The notes: a model not told the origin generated them from the letters alone. Positions 10,685-21,260 are shown, numbered from the stretch's first letter. The stretch is DNA of 64,000 nucleotides from Histomonas meleagridis 2922-C6/04-290x (GCA_020184695.1 JAANOX010000212.1:6504-70503), one strand, 5' to 3'. Translations and numbers: made by a program.

Positions 10685-10779
10685 AATATCCTCTTTCAAA
10701 AATCTTTGATAATTTCAATCGATGAGATTCTATCAATTGTTGAAATTACATATTTAAAATTTCTACTTTTTCATATGCC

Positions 10780-10832
10780 TATTGAAATTAGTCTTTGGCT
10801 AATTGAATGAGTCTTTGGCTATATGACAACTA
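10780..10832 (-). repeat. Right terminal inverted repeat
   Basis: Inverted match to 8979-9032; contains AGTCTTTGGC twice. Confidence 0.85.
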
Positions 10833-11120
10833 GTTGTTAAAATTTAATAATTAATTCTATTTTCTGTGTTTATTTATATATTTTTTCCAATAAAATAATG
10901 TGAAATTATTATTGATGCATATTTCTAGAATTTATCATTATTCCCAGACACCACATAGCAGAGCAGAATGGAAAGAATACAAAAAAAATTTTTTATTTCC
11001 AGAAAATTAACACTTTATGAAAAAGTTTGATTTTTAGGGTGATCAAAACGTTTCAATTTCATTTCACTTCACTTGTATTGAAAAAGTGAAATCAACTCAT
11101 GATGTCCTCACAAAAAAAGG

Positions 11121-14100
11121 ATGGATTTTACAAGAAGAAATGTGTTTACGAATGTACTTGAGAATCAGATGCCAAAAAACACACAAGCAAATACTCTAGG
11201 ACCAAAAGTAAGTGAAAATGAGGAGAGTTCACCAATAATATTTGTTGATAACAAATACCAAATTCGGTGGGCAATACATAATTTTTCACATCAACCAAAT
11301 GTCATTGAATCTCCTCTTTTCACGTGTGTGCAAATTAAACTTAAATTTCGATTATCTTTTTTGGAAAATAAAGTAATATTAACATCAAATTTCATTGAAT
11401 TTCCAGGTCAGTGCCCTCAATACATGGGTGTAATTTGTAATTCAAATCCATCTAATTCTTCAATATTTCGTTCGTACTTTGTTTTTGAAAATAAATCATT
11501 TGAACATTCCAACGTTTTTCCGAATGTAACTCGTCAAATATTGACTGAGCAAAATGGGTGGCTTATAAATGATTCTTTATTTGTTCAAATCGAGATAGTT
11601 CAACCTCCACCCAAAACCCCAATGATTCGAACAAACTCATTCAAAAAGCTTGTTTCAAACATCTCTTTTTTCAAAGGTAAATATTTATTTGACTGGCCAA
11701 TTGACAAAAGTGACATTAATTCTGAGAGTTTTGAATCTCCCAAATTTCGATGCGGAAATATTTGTTTTGACATCACATTAATCCAAAAGAATGGAACTGC
11801 TTCACTTACATTTAATTTCCAACTTAAAAAACCAACAAATATACAAATTAAAGGAGCATTAAAAAATGTTATTTCTAATTTGTCCAAAACATTTTCATTT
11901 TCAAAGTTAGTTACACCAACTGAAAACATTTTAACAGAACAAATCTTTGATGATTTTCCTTCTATTCTTTCACAGTTCGGATTTTTAAGTACAGAAGGAA
12001 ATTATACTTTTGATTTCGAATTAATTCATACTGAAGAAAACATAAATAATCAAAAGCCAAAGCAACTTGAACTCGAATCTTTTATGTTACCATCAAAACC
12101 AACAAATGTGAACACAATATCTAAGATCGAGATACCATTATTTGTATTAAACGAAGCACAAAATTCATCAACACAATATAATGGTATCATCAATCAAGGA
12201 TCCACAAGTTATTTAAACTCATCGATCCAATATTTATATCATATTAATGCATTCCGTAATTTTATTTATCATATCGAAACTACAAATCCACAAAATACTG
12301 TTGTCAAAAGTTTACAGAGTTTATTTGGTATGCTCGAATTAGGTCATTCTTCATGTTCAACTAAGGAACTTACTAAAAGTTTTGGTTGGACTGATGAGAA
12401 ATCTTCTCAATATTTTAAGATTCAAGATTTTCTTCAATATTTTCTTGATAGACTTCAATCTGAAGTTGGACAAGTTAATGAATTAAAGAATATAATTCCA
12501 TCATTTTTTCAAGGGACTATAAATCATTATATAATTCACATACAGAATGGAAAAGAAAATTCATCGAATGAAAGATTTACAATTTTATCATTAAGCACAA
12601 ATAATTATAATAATTTATTTGATGCATTTAAAAATAATTTAATTAAAGAACAAAAAGAAATTATTTTAAGCAATGCAAATGAAAACGAAGAAATAATTAA
12701 AGGAAAGAAAATCATTTCATTACCTTCAGTATTACAAATTTATCTTAATAGAGATACAAATCAACATAAACAAAATAATTTTTCAATGAAAAGACAAGAT
12801 GATAATTATTTTGAATTTCCAGAAGTTATAAATTTTTCGGAATTAATTCCAACAGAAACTTCTAATTTCCATTTATATTCTGTTATTGTTCAATCAGGAA
12901 TTCCAGGGAAAGAATTTTATTATATATTTTTACGTCCAAATCTTAATGATGAATGGTATGAATTTAAAGATAGTTCTGTATGTAAAGTAAGTAAAGAAAA
13001 TGCAATTCAAGATAACTATGGAGGTGAATTAGCACCAAATATTTTGAAGTCATATTATGCTACAATGTTAATTTATGTTAAAGAAACAGAAATTCCGAAT
13101 TTTTTTCAACAAAATTTAATCGATGATATTCCACAAAAAATAAAAGATATTGTTCAACAAAAAGAAATTATTAAAGAACATGAAAATGCACTAAAAAAAA
13201 TGCATGAGAATATGGTGATAATTTCGGTATTAAAAGAAGAGAACATTAAAGAAGCAACAATTAATCATGTGAGAATGATTCAATCAATTCAAACAGAAAA
13301 GATTGAAATGAATCAAAATTTAACATATTTCGATTTATATGAAGGAATTGGTATTCAAAACATACGAATTTGGATATTTTATAAGAATAGTGTTGTACCA
13401 AATCGAATCATACCGAAAGTTACCACAATGAAACTCCAAAATCTTGTTGAAGGATTACCAAACAAAGAAATCAAAATATTTGTTCAAGAAATTCAACCAA
13501 ATGAAAACGTCGAAATCGAACCAAATTCTATACTTTTATTTATAAAATTCTTTTTTTCACATATTAAATGTCCATTACAATATATAAAGAGTATTGTCTT
13601 TAATTATAATCAACCAATAAAAGATATTTTTAATGACATCTCCAAAACAATTGGAATTCCCGAAACAGAACCAATTCGAATATTAATAGAAAACGATAAA
13701 TTACCTAATGATATACCCAAATTACTTAAAAATGATTTAAGTTGTTCTGAACAATCGATTGAAAATGCATCTGTTTTAATATTTGAACTTGTTAATGATA
13801 ACATATTTGAACCACCAAAAGAAATATGTTTAATTAATGAGGAAGAAACAGAATTAAATCAAGAAGTTAATGAATATCCGATTTTTGATTATTTCGATTA
13901 TTTCGAACCAATACAATATAAATCGGTACAAGAATATTATCCATTCTTCGATACCAAAGTTGAATTTGATTTAGCATTCATCAGACAAATCGATAAAATA
14001 TTTGGAACATGTCGAATTCCACTTTCGATTACAATTCCAAATCTTAAAGTATTCATTGCTAAAATAATGAACATTGATTATTCGCCAAATAGTAATACAA

Positions 14101-14771
14101 TTGTGTTACATAAAATGAACGTGATGACTAAAATGCCCGGAAACATTTTGGATCAAGTGACTTCGATACAAACAAAGAAGAAAAACGAAAGAGAAATTTT
14201 ATTTTTCGGATTTCTACCAAATGTAAGTGAAGCCCAATTCCTTCAATTAATACCTATAAACGTGCAGTTTTCATATGACGCTATTAAAATATTCCATGAA
14301 CAATGTATTTACGTGCCAAAAGAAGTGAAATGTATTGAAATTTTGGACATGTTCATTCAATTTTCGGGAATAAGTAAAATAGAGGGGCCGTTTAGATACT
14401 TGGTGATAAATTCAAACAAAATCGATATGATTTTGAACGAAACCGACAATTTCACTCAAATATACAGTACACTCAGAATCGAAAAAGTGCTGCACTCACA
14501 ATTAGGAAATGGAAACACGAAGTTAATACAAATAATTTGTAAAGATGGACCAAACATTCACCCGCCATTTCTGCTGGAATTTAGCCCTAATGAAATGTTT
14601 TTGGCATTAAAAGTTAGAATTGGAATGTTATTGAAAATTGACCAAGAGGAGATCAACCAATTTGATTGCAAGTTAAGAATTGCAATCGGATTGGGTATGA
14701 TACAGTTGGATGACTCAACTTTGATGAATCAGAAAATTACATATAATTCGGAAATTATCATGATAAAATAA
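11121..14771 (+). CDS. USP7-like ubiquitin-specific protease family protein (two MATH-like domains, USP domain, UBL-like tail); catalytic residues substituted
   Basis: MATH-like WAIHNFS and GWLINDSLFVQIEI. The Cys box reads GIINQGSTSYLNS (C>S) and the His box reads LYSVIVQSGIPGKEFYY (H>F). WYEFKDSSV is present. Confidence 0.8.
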   Translation: MDFTRRNVFTNVLENQMPKNTQANTLGPKVSENEESSPIIFVDNKYQIRWAIHNFSHQPNVIESPLFTCVQIKLKFRLSFLENKVILTSNFIEFPGQCPQYMGVICNSNPSNSSIFRSYFVFENKSFEHSNVFPNVTRQILTEQNGWLINDSLFVQIEIVQPPPKTPMIRTNSFKKLVSNISFFKGKYLFDWPIDKSDINSESFESPKFRCGNICFDITLIQKNGTASLTFNFQLKKPTNIQIKGALKNVISNLSKTFSFSKLVTPTENILTEQIFDDFPSILSQFGFLSTEGNYTFDFELIHTEENINNQKPKQLELESFMLPSKPTNVNTISKIEIPLFVLNEAQNSSTQYNGIINQGSTSYLNSSIQYLYHINAFRNFIYHIETTNPQNTVVKSLQSLFGMLELGHSSCSTKELTKSFGWTDEKSSQYFKIQDFLQYFLDRLQSEVGQVNELKNIIPSFFQGTINHYIIHIQNGKENSSNERFTILSLSTNNYNNLFDAFKNNLIKEQKEIILSNANENEEIIKGKKIISLPSVLQIYLNRDTNQHKQNNFSMKRQDDNYFEFPEVINFSELIPTETSNFHLYSVIVQSGIPGKEFYYIFLRPNLNDEWYEFKDSSVCKVSKENAIQDNYGGELAPNILKSYYATMLIYVKETEIPNFFQQNLIDDIPQKIKDIVQQKEIIKEHENALKKMHENMVIISVLKEENIKEATINHVRMIQSIQTEKIEMNQNLTYFDLYEGIGIQNIRIWIFYKNSVVPNRIIPKVTTMKLQNLVEGLPNKEIKIFVQEIQPNENVEIEPNSILLFIKFFFSHIKCPLQYIKSIVFNYNQPIKDIFNDISKTIGIPETEPIRILIENDKLPNDIPKLLKNDLSCSEQSIENASVLIFELVNDNIFEPPKEICLINEEETELNQEVNEYPIFDYFDYFEPIQYKSVQEYYPFFDTKVEFDLAFIRQIDKIFGTCRIPLSITIPNLKVFIAKIMNIDYSPNSNTIVLHKMNVMTKMPGNILDQVTSIQTKKKNEREILFFGFLPNVSEAQFLQLIPINVQFSYDAIKIFHEQCIYVPKEVKCIEILDMFIQFSGISKIEGPFRYLVINSNKIDMILNETDNFTQIYSTLRIEKVLHSQLGNGNTKLIQIICKDGPNIHPPFLLEFSPNEMFLALKVRIGMLLKIDQEEINQFDCKLRIAIGLGMIQLDDSTLMNQKITYNSEIIMIK

Positions 14772-15135
14772 TACATAGAAGTATCTGTGGAATCAGAAAA
14801 CGATAGTTGTTCTTCACTATCTTAGAGCAACGAATGAAAATTAAAATGTTGAAATTTTGTTATTTCAATGATAAATTTCATGTTTTTAAGTTTAGCTTAA
14901 TAAAGTGTTTTTAGCTTTAATTTTTTTTAATAAAATTACTTGGAGGAAAACATAGTTTGCGTTTTTGAATTATAATTATATCTTCAATCGATTAAATTTG
15001 ATACAAACACATATCAAAAGCTCAATGAATTTCTTGCTGTTTGAGGAAAAGAAATTTATTAAACAAAAACTCTTTAAATTAACGAATCTCGAAATTAAGA
15101 AATGACATGTGATGTTAAAAATCAGCAAATAACCA

Positions 15136-16521
15136 ATGGGCGACTGTTTGCTCAGCGTTTTCCATTTAGTTAAAGATCAAAGCAACTTTGAAGGCTGCCT
15201 TTCCATTTACTATTCTAATTATATTCCTACATTATCTTTTGTACGTTATTCAGTCCCAAATCTAAATCTTAGCGTTTTTCCATTTAATACAATGACACAA
15301 ATTGTCACAACAATTGAAGAAAACAAATACGAAATCTCGTTTCTTCTATCTGGTCAACCAGCCCCAACGATTTTTTCATTTTCATCTAAATATGATGTAT
15401 GGACATTTATTCAAATCACTGTTGCAAACGGCATTATACGTTCTGTTCCAGATCAACCTAATACATGGGCCACATCAGGTTCTGGTCGCCCCTCTGATAC
15501 AATTGAATGGATTTTCGAAAATTCACCCTCACAAAATACATTAACCACAATACATCACAACTCTTGTACTCCTTATTTTCAGTCTTCCCTTGGTGCCAAC
15601 TTTTCATTTTCAGCGCACAGAGACATCCTCCAAAACCTCATTTCCCATGGCAAAAATTTACCATTTTACCCTCAACTGCAAAAACCGCTCGACAAGTCTC
15701 AATTTGAGAAATTCTATAGTTCGAATTCAAAGCTCAAAGAATATTTGGCGGTTAGGAGGCAATGGCAACTTCGCATTTCAGAACAATACAGAATACGATC
15801 ACAACACAATCAAAAAGTGGAAATGTTAACTCAAAAATTGCTTAACGTTCAATGGAGCAAAAAATCTGTTTCCTTGGTATACAATGTCGTAAGGACAATG
15901 ATAACCTTTGCCCCAGAATTATCTTATGATGATAGCATTTGTGATATCACACTTTTTATTGCCGAACTTGTTTTAGATGATTTAGAAAAAGATGACGATG
16001 AATCTCAATCAAAGTTATTCTGGGTACTAAACGCAGTTCTGTTTGAGTTCGGTCAATCTCAATGGTATACAAATCAAGAACAATCCAAATCAGATCTAAT
16101 AAATGACATAATTGAGATCATGGCATGTTTATATCCAGCAGTTGGGTTCTTTATCAGCTACGAAGACTACGAAATGTTCAAACATTGTATCAATGCTGTC
16201 GTTTCTATGTTTGTACATGTATTCAAAAAAGATCTTCTTAAAAAGTTATGGAATTTAATCTTCAAAGCAGGCGATGTAAACGCACTGTGCACGCCACTGC
16301 TTACTGCGCTATTGTTCTTTGAATTCCCGGAATTGAACAAGTCTCGAGTTCCAGATATGAATCATATCTCGAAACTTTTCAACGAAGAATATCATGTCGA
16401 AGACGAAAATGACTTTTTGGCAATCGTGGCTGCAATCGAAGAGAAGCTGCCTTTGTTCGAAAGACCTTCTGAGGTCATTGATTTCTCTTGCAATCTCTTT
16501 AAGCCTCTGTCGTTTGAATGA
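15136..16521 (+). CDS. TBC/Rab-GAP-like protein (TBC1D15-like), catalytic fingers degenerate
   Basis: EYLAVRRQWQL motif. ELSYDDSICDI sits where YxQGMxD is expected, and no IxxDxxR is present. Later helical motifs FWVLNAVL and LKKLWNLIF. Confidence 0.6.
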   Translation: MGDCLLSVFHLVKDQSNFEGCLSIYYSNYIPTLSFVRYSVPNLNLSVFPFNTMTQIVTTIEENKYEISFLLSGQPAPTIFSFSSKYDVWTFIQITVANGIIRSVPDQPNTWATSGSGRPSDTIEWIFENSPSQNTLTTIHHNSCTPYFQSSLGANFSFSAHRDILQNLISHGKNLPFYPQLQKPLDKSQFEKFYSSNSKLKEYLAVRRQWQLRISEQYRIRSQHNQKVEMLTQKLLNVQWSKKSVSLVYNVVRTMITFAPELSYDDSICDITLFIAELVLDDLEKDDDESQSKLFWVLNAVLFEFGQSQWYTNQEQSKSDLINDIIEIMACLYPAVGFFISYEDYEMFKHCINAVVSMFVHVFKKDLLKKLWNLIFKAGDVNALCTPLLTALLFFEFPELNKSRVPDMNHISKLFNEEYHVEDENDFLAIVAAIEEKLPLFERPSEVIDFSCNLFKPLSFE

Positions 16522-16799
16522 AGCATCAGACATTTGTATGTACTTTTTATTCAAATAAACGCTTTTAATGTGCTATTTTTTCTGTAAGATGCTGAGCCTC
16601 ACATAAAGTCCAAAAATTAGGATTATTATTCAAGCAATGAGTGTTGGTGATATAAATGTACACCATTTCTACCATTTATTTATCTGTTTTGTACAAATAT
16701 ATTGTTAAAAATTCATAGCATTACAATAATTATGATTTTTCCGCCATATTGCGTGATATCACATGTAAAACCATTTATCAAATAAAACTGCTTTTCACA

Positions 16800-16922
16800 A
16801 TGAATATGAATTTCCAATCATTTTTCCAACACGTCAAAAAGGATTCCACAGTTAACTATGAGAATCCACTCTACAACGAAGCAGAAGATTATCCATTCGC
16901 TGACGATTTCGATGACGAGTAA
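16800..16922 (+). CDS. 40-aa small ORF resembling a free cytoplasmic tail with an NPxY motif
   Basis: MNMNFQSFFQHVKKDSTVNYENPLYNEAEDYPFADDFDDE*. It is locally higher in GC than its flanks, with Inr-like TCACA just before the ATG and an in-frame TAG upstream at 16716. Confidence 0.5.
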   Translation: MNMNFQSFFQHVKKDSTVNYENPLYNEAEDYPFADDFDDE

Positions 16923-17344
16923 ATATTTATACCAAAGTTTCTTCGACAATAAAAAGGGATTTTTGGGAATTTGTTTTTGATTAAGTTTCAGTTTAATATT
17001 TTCGTGCGCCTTTTACAGCTGAAAGGAATGAGTTCACATAAGAAATGAGTTCTCAATAGTGTTATATGAGACACGAACAACTAAACGATGCACTAATAAT
17101 AGCAAATAATTGAAGCCCATTAACTTGCAATTGTATTAAATGAATAAAGAAGATCCAAAGAATTCTTATGAATAAGGAAGATGGATTAAATGACTAAATA
17201 GGGGTATTAAATAAGTACATGAGCACCAAAAGAAAAAGAAATACGTACAAAAAGAATAAAAAATATTTAAAACTGTATTAACGAATGAGTATTAAGGATC
17301 TAATGTCAAATAGTACACAAATAAAATTAATTCCATAAAACTAT

Positions 17345-19795
17345 TTACTTTGCTGTGTACACAGACTCGTTTATCATCGTCTGGGCGTTTCCGAAATCAG
17401 AAGATATCGCATTCGATCTCCTCCTCTTTGTCACCATGTGCCACACCAAGAAAATCACAAACACGACGAATATCAAAGGAACCAAAACGCTCAAAATAAT
17501 AGCTGAGTGATCTGAAGGAATATAACCTTTACATTCCCCATATCCATATTCGACATCGAGTCCACCAAAGCTATCACTATAATAAAAGCTGTGGACGAAC
17601 ACTTTTTTCGCAGGCACTCTTGTGAATGCACTTTTGCTTACAAAGCTCGGGTTGTAATCTCCTTCGAAGTATATACAATTAAGAGATTCACAATATTCAA
17701 ACGCGTAATCTTCGATACAGTCAATACCTTCACCAAGTTCGACATGTGTTAATGCGGAACATCTTGAGAAAGCAAATTGTTCAATTCGTTTGATATTCGG
17801 AGGGAATGTAACATGTGTTAACATTGAACAATCTTCGAATGTATGGTTCGAAATTGTTGTTAATCCTCTTCCGAATGTAATTTCCTTCAGACTTTTACAG
17901 TAATTGAACGCATAATTGCCGACGTATGTAACCGAGTCTGGGAATGTGAATGATGTAAGTTCACGACAAACACTAAATGCATCTTGACCAATGTATGTAA
18001 GGTTATCACTGATGACAATATCACTTAAACAATAACATAAATTAAACAAATATTCCGATATTATTCGTATGCCAGGTATATAGGCGTAACGTAGCTTTCT
18101 ACAATCCTGAAATCCGGATTTTGATATATTCACTACATTCGGTATTTCAATCCGTTCTATGTAATAACAATTTTCAAATGCATTTGATCCAATCGTAAAG
18201 TTATCATACGTTGACTGAGGGATTGTTATGTTAATAAGGTTATGACATGATGAGAATGCTGACTCATTAATATATTGTAAGTGATTCCCAAATTTAATCG
18301 ATGATATTTTACTTGAATAAAATGCATAAGCGCCAATGATTGAAACTGTTTCAATGTTCACTTCTATTATATCATCATCTTTATAAAATTGTCGACTGTA
18401 AATTTCATCTCCTTTTAATAAGGTAAATGATTTAATGACAAGGCGCTTCATAATTCCTTTGAGGGATTCATAACTTTTACCAAGAGTTAAGTTATAGAAG
18501 ACGCAATAAGTAAACATGTCACTGTATACATTTTTAAATACATTATCTCCAATTGTTAAGTTCTTAAATTTACATGAATAAAAGCCATAACTTGAAATGG
18601 TGGTAAGTGATTCTGGTAATTTGATATCCGAAAGTAAATTGCAATTATAAAATGCATATTCATCAATAGATAAAAGACCTTCAGAGAAGTAGACATGTCC
18701 CAACGATCGACATTCATAAAAAGCACGCGTTTCGATCTCTGTGACTTCTTTCGGGATGACAATGCTCTCTAATGATGTACATGATGAAAATGTACTGCTC
18801 GTAATTTTGGTTATTTTGGGTAATGTTACAGTGGTTAAGTTCTTGCAATAATAAAAAACTTTGTTCCCAAACATTAAACTGACTTCGGAGGTAAGATTAA
18901 CAGTTTGTAGGTTCGAACAACCATCAAATGCATTGTCACCGACACTCGTGACGTTTGTGATCGTGACTTCGGTCAATGAATGACATTCGGAGAATGAATA
19001 TGAACCAAGTTCTTGAAGTGAGTCTGGGAAATTAATAGATGTCAAATTTTGGCATTGATAAAATGCATACGAATGAATAGATGTGACCGTGCCAGGAAGA
19101 GTTACACTAACTAATGATGAACATGAATCAAATGTTGATGATGGAATTGAACCGATAATCAAATTATCAAAATAAACATACTTCAATCCGCTGCATTTAT
19201 AGAATATGCTGCTTTCAAGTGATGCACTCTCTTTTGAACTTATATTGACTTTGACTAAATTAGTACATAAATAAAATGCTTTTTCTCCAATCGTTGTGAT
19301 ATTTGGAATATTAACTTCTTGCAAATTTTCACAGTAAGAAAATGCTTTTTCTCCAATCGTTGTGATATTTGGAATATTAACTTCTTGCAAATTTTCACAG
19401 TAATAAAATGCTTTTTCTCCTATGTTTTTAAGTGATTCAGGAAACATAAAGTTAAAAAGAGAACCGCATGTATAAAATGCACTGGCACCAATCTCTGTGA
19501 AGTTCTTGCCACTAGAAAATGTAACAGTCTGAAGATTGGGACATGACGAAAAAGCATATGATGATATTTCATTAAGTGAATCGCCAATTGTAACTTTTGT
19601 TAAAACAGGCCATTCGTAAAATGCACGACTGGCAATGGTATAAACGCCAACTCCAATTTCAAGATATTGAGTAGTTTCTTGAAAATCAACATAATCATTT
19701 TGACGAATAACATCTTTGTCTTTGATAACAAGAGTGTCACTACACAAAACAAAGCAATTAAATATTCCTGAAATAAGAAGGATATCCAATAGCAT
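17345..19795 (-). CDS. BspA-like (TpLRR/LRR_5) surface protein with signal-like N-terminus, C-terminal TM helix and short tail
   Basis: Many IGxxAFxxCxxLxxIxIP repeats; TM segment AIILSVLVPLIFVVFVIFLVW followed by KRRR. Confidence 0.9.
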   Translation of the reverse strand: MLLDILLISGIFNCFVLCSDTLVIKDKDVIRQNDYVDFQETTQYLEIGVGVYTIASRAFYEWPVLTKVTIGDSLNEISSYAFSSCPNLQTVTFSSGKNFTEIGASAFYTCGSLFNFMFPESLKNIGEKAFYYCENLQEVNIPNITTIGEKAFSYCENLQEVNIPNITTIGEKAFYLCTNLVKVNISSKESASLESSIFYKCSGLKYVYFDNLIIGSIPSSTFDSCSSLVSVTLPGTVTSIHSYAFYQCQNLTSINFPDSLQELGSYSFSECHSLTEVTITNVTSVGDNAFDGCSNLQTVNLTSEVSLMFGNKVFYYCKNLTTVTLPKITKITSSTFSSCTSLESIVIPKEVTEIETRAFYECRSLGHVYFSEGLLSIDEYAFYNCNLLSDIKLPESLTTISSYGFYSCKFKNLTIGDNVFKNVYSDMFTYCVFYNLTLGKSYESLKGIMKRLVIKSFTLLKGDEIYSRQFYKDDDIIEVNIETVSIIGAYAFYSSKISSIKFGNHLQYINESAFSSCHNLINITIPQSTYDNFTIGSNAFENCYYIERIEIPNVVNISKSGFQDCRKLRYAYIPGIRIISEYLFNLCYCLSDIVISDNLTYIGQDAFSVCRELTSFTFPDSVTYVGNYAFNYCKSLKEITFGRGLTTISNHTFEDCSMLTHVTFPPNIKRIEQFAFSRCSALTHVELGEGIDCIEDYAFEYCESLNCIYFEGDYNPSFVSKSAFTRVPAKKVFVHSFYYSDSFGGLDVEYGYGECKGYIPSDHSAIILSVLVPLIFVVFVIFLVWHMVTKRRRSNAISSDFGNAQTMINESVYTAK
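19273..19420 (-). repeat. Near-exact 66-bp tandem duplication of one LRR unit within BspA
   Basis: aaaatgctttttctcc recurs at 19273, 19339 and 19405; the protein unit is GEKAFYYCENLQEVNIPNITTI. Confidence 0.9.
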
Positions 19796-20321
19796 TATGC
19801 TGTTGTGCTTTGGAATAGGTTAGAGTATTGAAAATTTGTGAAGCTTAAACCGTCCAAATGAAACCACATAAAGGGACCTGAAAAACGATCAAAACATGAC
19901 TTAACATCTCTATCGTTATGTAAAGTTTGTAAAAAGTCGGCCTAAAAATAATTGAGTCTTAAGGATAATCATGTTAAAACAAATACATCATTGCCCAAAC
20001 AACCACAAATTAACTTTTCAGAAAGTCTATCAATAAAACCTTTCGGATAATATTATTTGGATAAAGAACATATTCTATGGTTTTTTATGACATTTCGTTA
20101 ATTGTCATGTTGGAACAATATAACGAAATATAAATTCAACATAATGCTAACCATACCCAATTCGAAAGAAATATAATGCATCATGTATCCTATTTTAAAA
20201 ATAGCTTCACAGATATTAATATCCAAAATCAACCTTATCAAAAAAACCAATTTATTTCATGTCAAAATAAATTGTGAGTTTTTGTTTTTGACAAAAATAC
20301 CAAAAAAAATTATTTTAGGTT

Positions 20322-21260
20322 TCAATTATTAGGATTAGTTTCTTCCAAATTCACAATCTTATCCTTATAATAAGAAAAGTTATCTGTTGTTAATATCACT
20401 AATTCTCTTTTTGATTTTATATGATTTTGTGTAAATGGATTTACCTTTTTTTGAGTCAAAAGTTTCAACCAGGTACTATAATCCAGTACATACCCATCTT
20501 TAGAAATGGTTGGAGTTTGCATTGGTTGCATTGTTATTTGATCAATGTGTCCTGGAATTGGATTCAAGAATATATATTTCTGGAGTTTTGTCTGTTTTTC
20601 ACCTACTTTAAAGGTTGCTCCATTAAAAACAAATGATAATGAATTTATCGAAAATTCATCATCAATATACTCATGATCTGAACTTTCGTCCATATTCGGA
20701 AGCCGTCCGTTTTTACTTAATTTAGCATACATGTATCTACATTGGTTTACAGATTTTGTTTTAAGATAATGAGATATCGATTTAAAATCTTTACCATACT
20801 CTAAATATAATCGCTTGAATTGAACAACTTCGGAGCGTCGCCATTCTTTCTTTATGGTTTGTTTTTCATCTTCAAATAATTTATCTTCATTTATTTCAAA
20901 AAGATATTTATTTGCAATCCCATACTCAGCACTTGGCTTCCTTTTAAAGCACCTTTTACTTGATTCTTCAATAATAGTTTTAATAAAAGTTTGATCTTTT
21001 AATTTTTCTTTCATAATTTGGGTATCATCTTTACAGAATTCTAGTGCAATAAAAAAATCAACTGGCCTTCCTCTTGGCCATATTTTAAGAAAATCTATAA
21101 TGTTTGTATTTACTTTTTTAATTCGAAAATTAAAAATTGTTTTCCTATAATTCATAATGGATTTTGCTGTTTCTTGATCAATATCTTCAGGGGGTGGAGG
21201 AATAAAATCAATTCCATCATCTAATGTTAGAGATGATGAATCCAAATTTGATTGATCCAT
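20322..21260 (-). CDS. SANT/Myb-domain protein with a C-terminal U-box-like domain
   Basis: SANT: WRRSEVVQFKRLYLEYGKDFKSISHYLKTKSVNQCRYMY. U-box-like: DQITMQPMQTPTISKDGYVLDYSTWLKLL..KVNPFT. Confidence 0.7.
   Translation of the reverse strand: MDQSNLDSSSLTLDDGIDFIPPPPEDIDQETAKSIMNYRKTIFNFRIKKVNTNIIDFLKIWPRGRPVDFFIALEFCKDDTQIMKEKLKDQTFIKTIIEESSKRCFKRKPSAEYGIANKYLFEINEDKLFEDEKQTIKKEWRRSEVVQFKRLYLEYGKDFKSISHYLKTKSVNQCRYMYAKLSKNGRLPNMDESSDHEYIDDEFSINSLSFVFNGATFKVGEKQTKLQKYIFLNPIPGHIDQITMQPMQTPTISKDGYVLDYSTWLKLLTQKKVNPFTQNHIKSKRELVILTTDNFSYYKDKIVNLEETNPNN

Larger units (their letters stand above)
8979..10832 (+). mobile_element. pogo/Tc1-mariner superfamily DNA transposon (about 1.85 kb), degenerate
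   Basis: About 50-bp TIRs: left tcatatagccaaagactagttcaattcgccaaagactaatttcaat, right (reverse complement) tcatatagccaaagactcattcaattagccaaagactaatttcaat. The left end reads TA|CAGT. An internal DDE_1-type transposase is present. The terminal ~7 bp of the two TIRs are diverged, so the ends are approximate. Confidence 0.85.
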
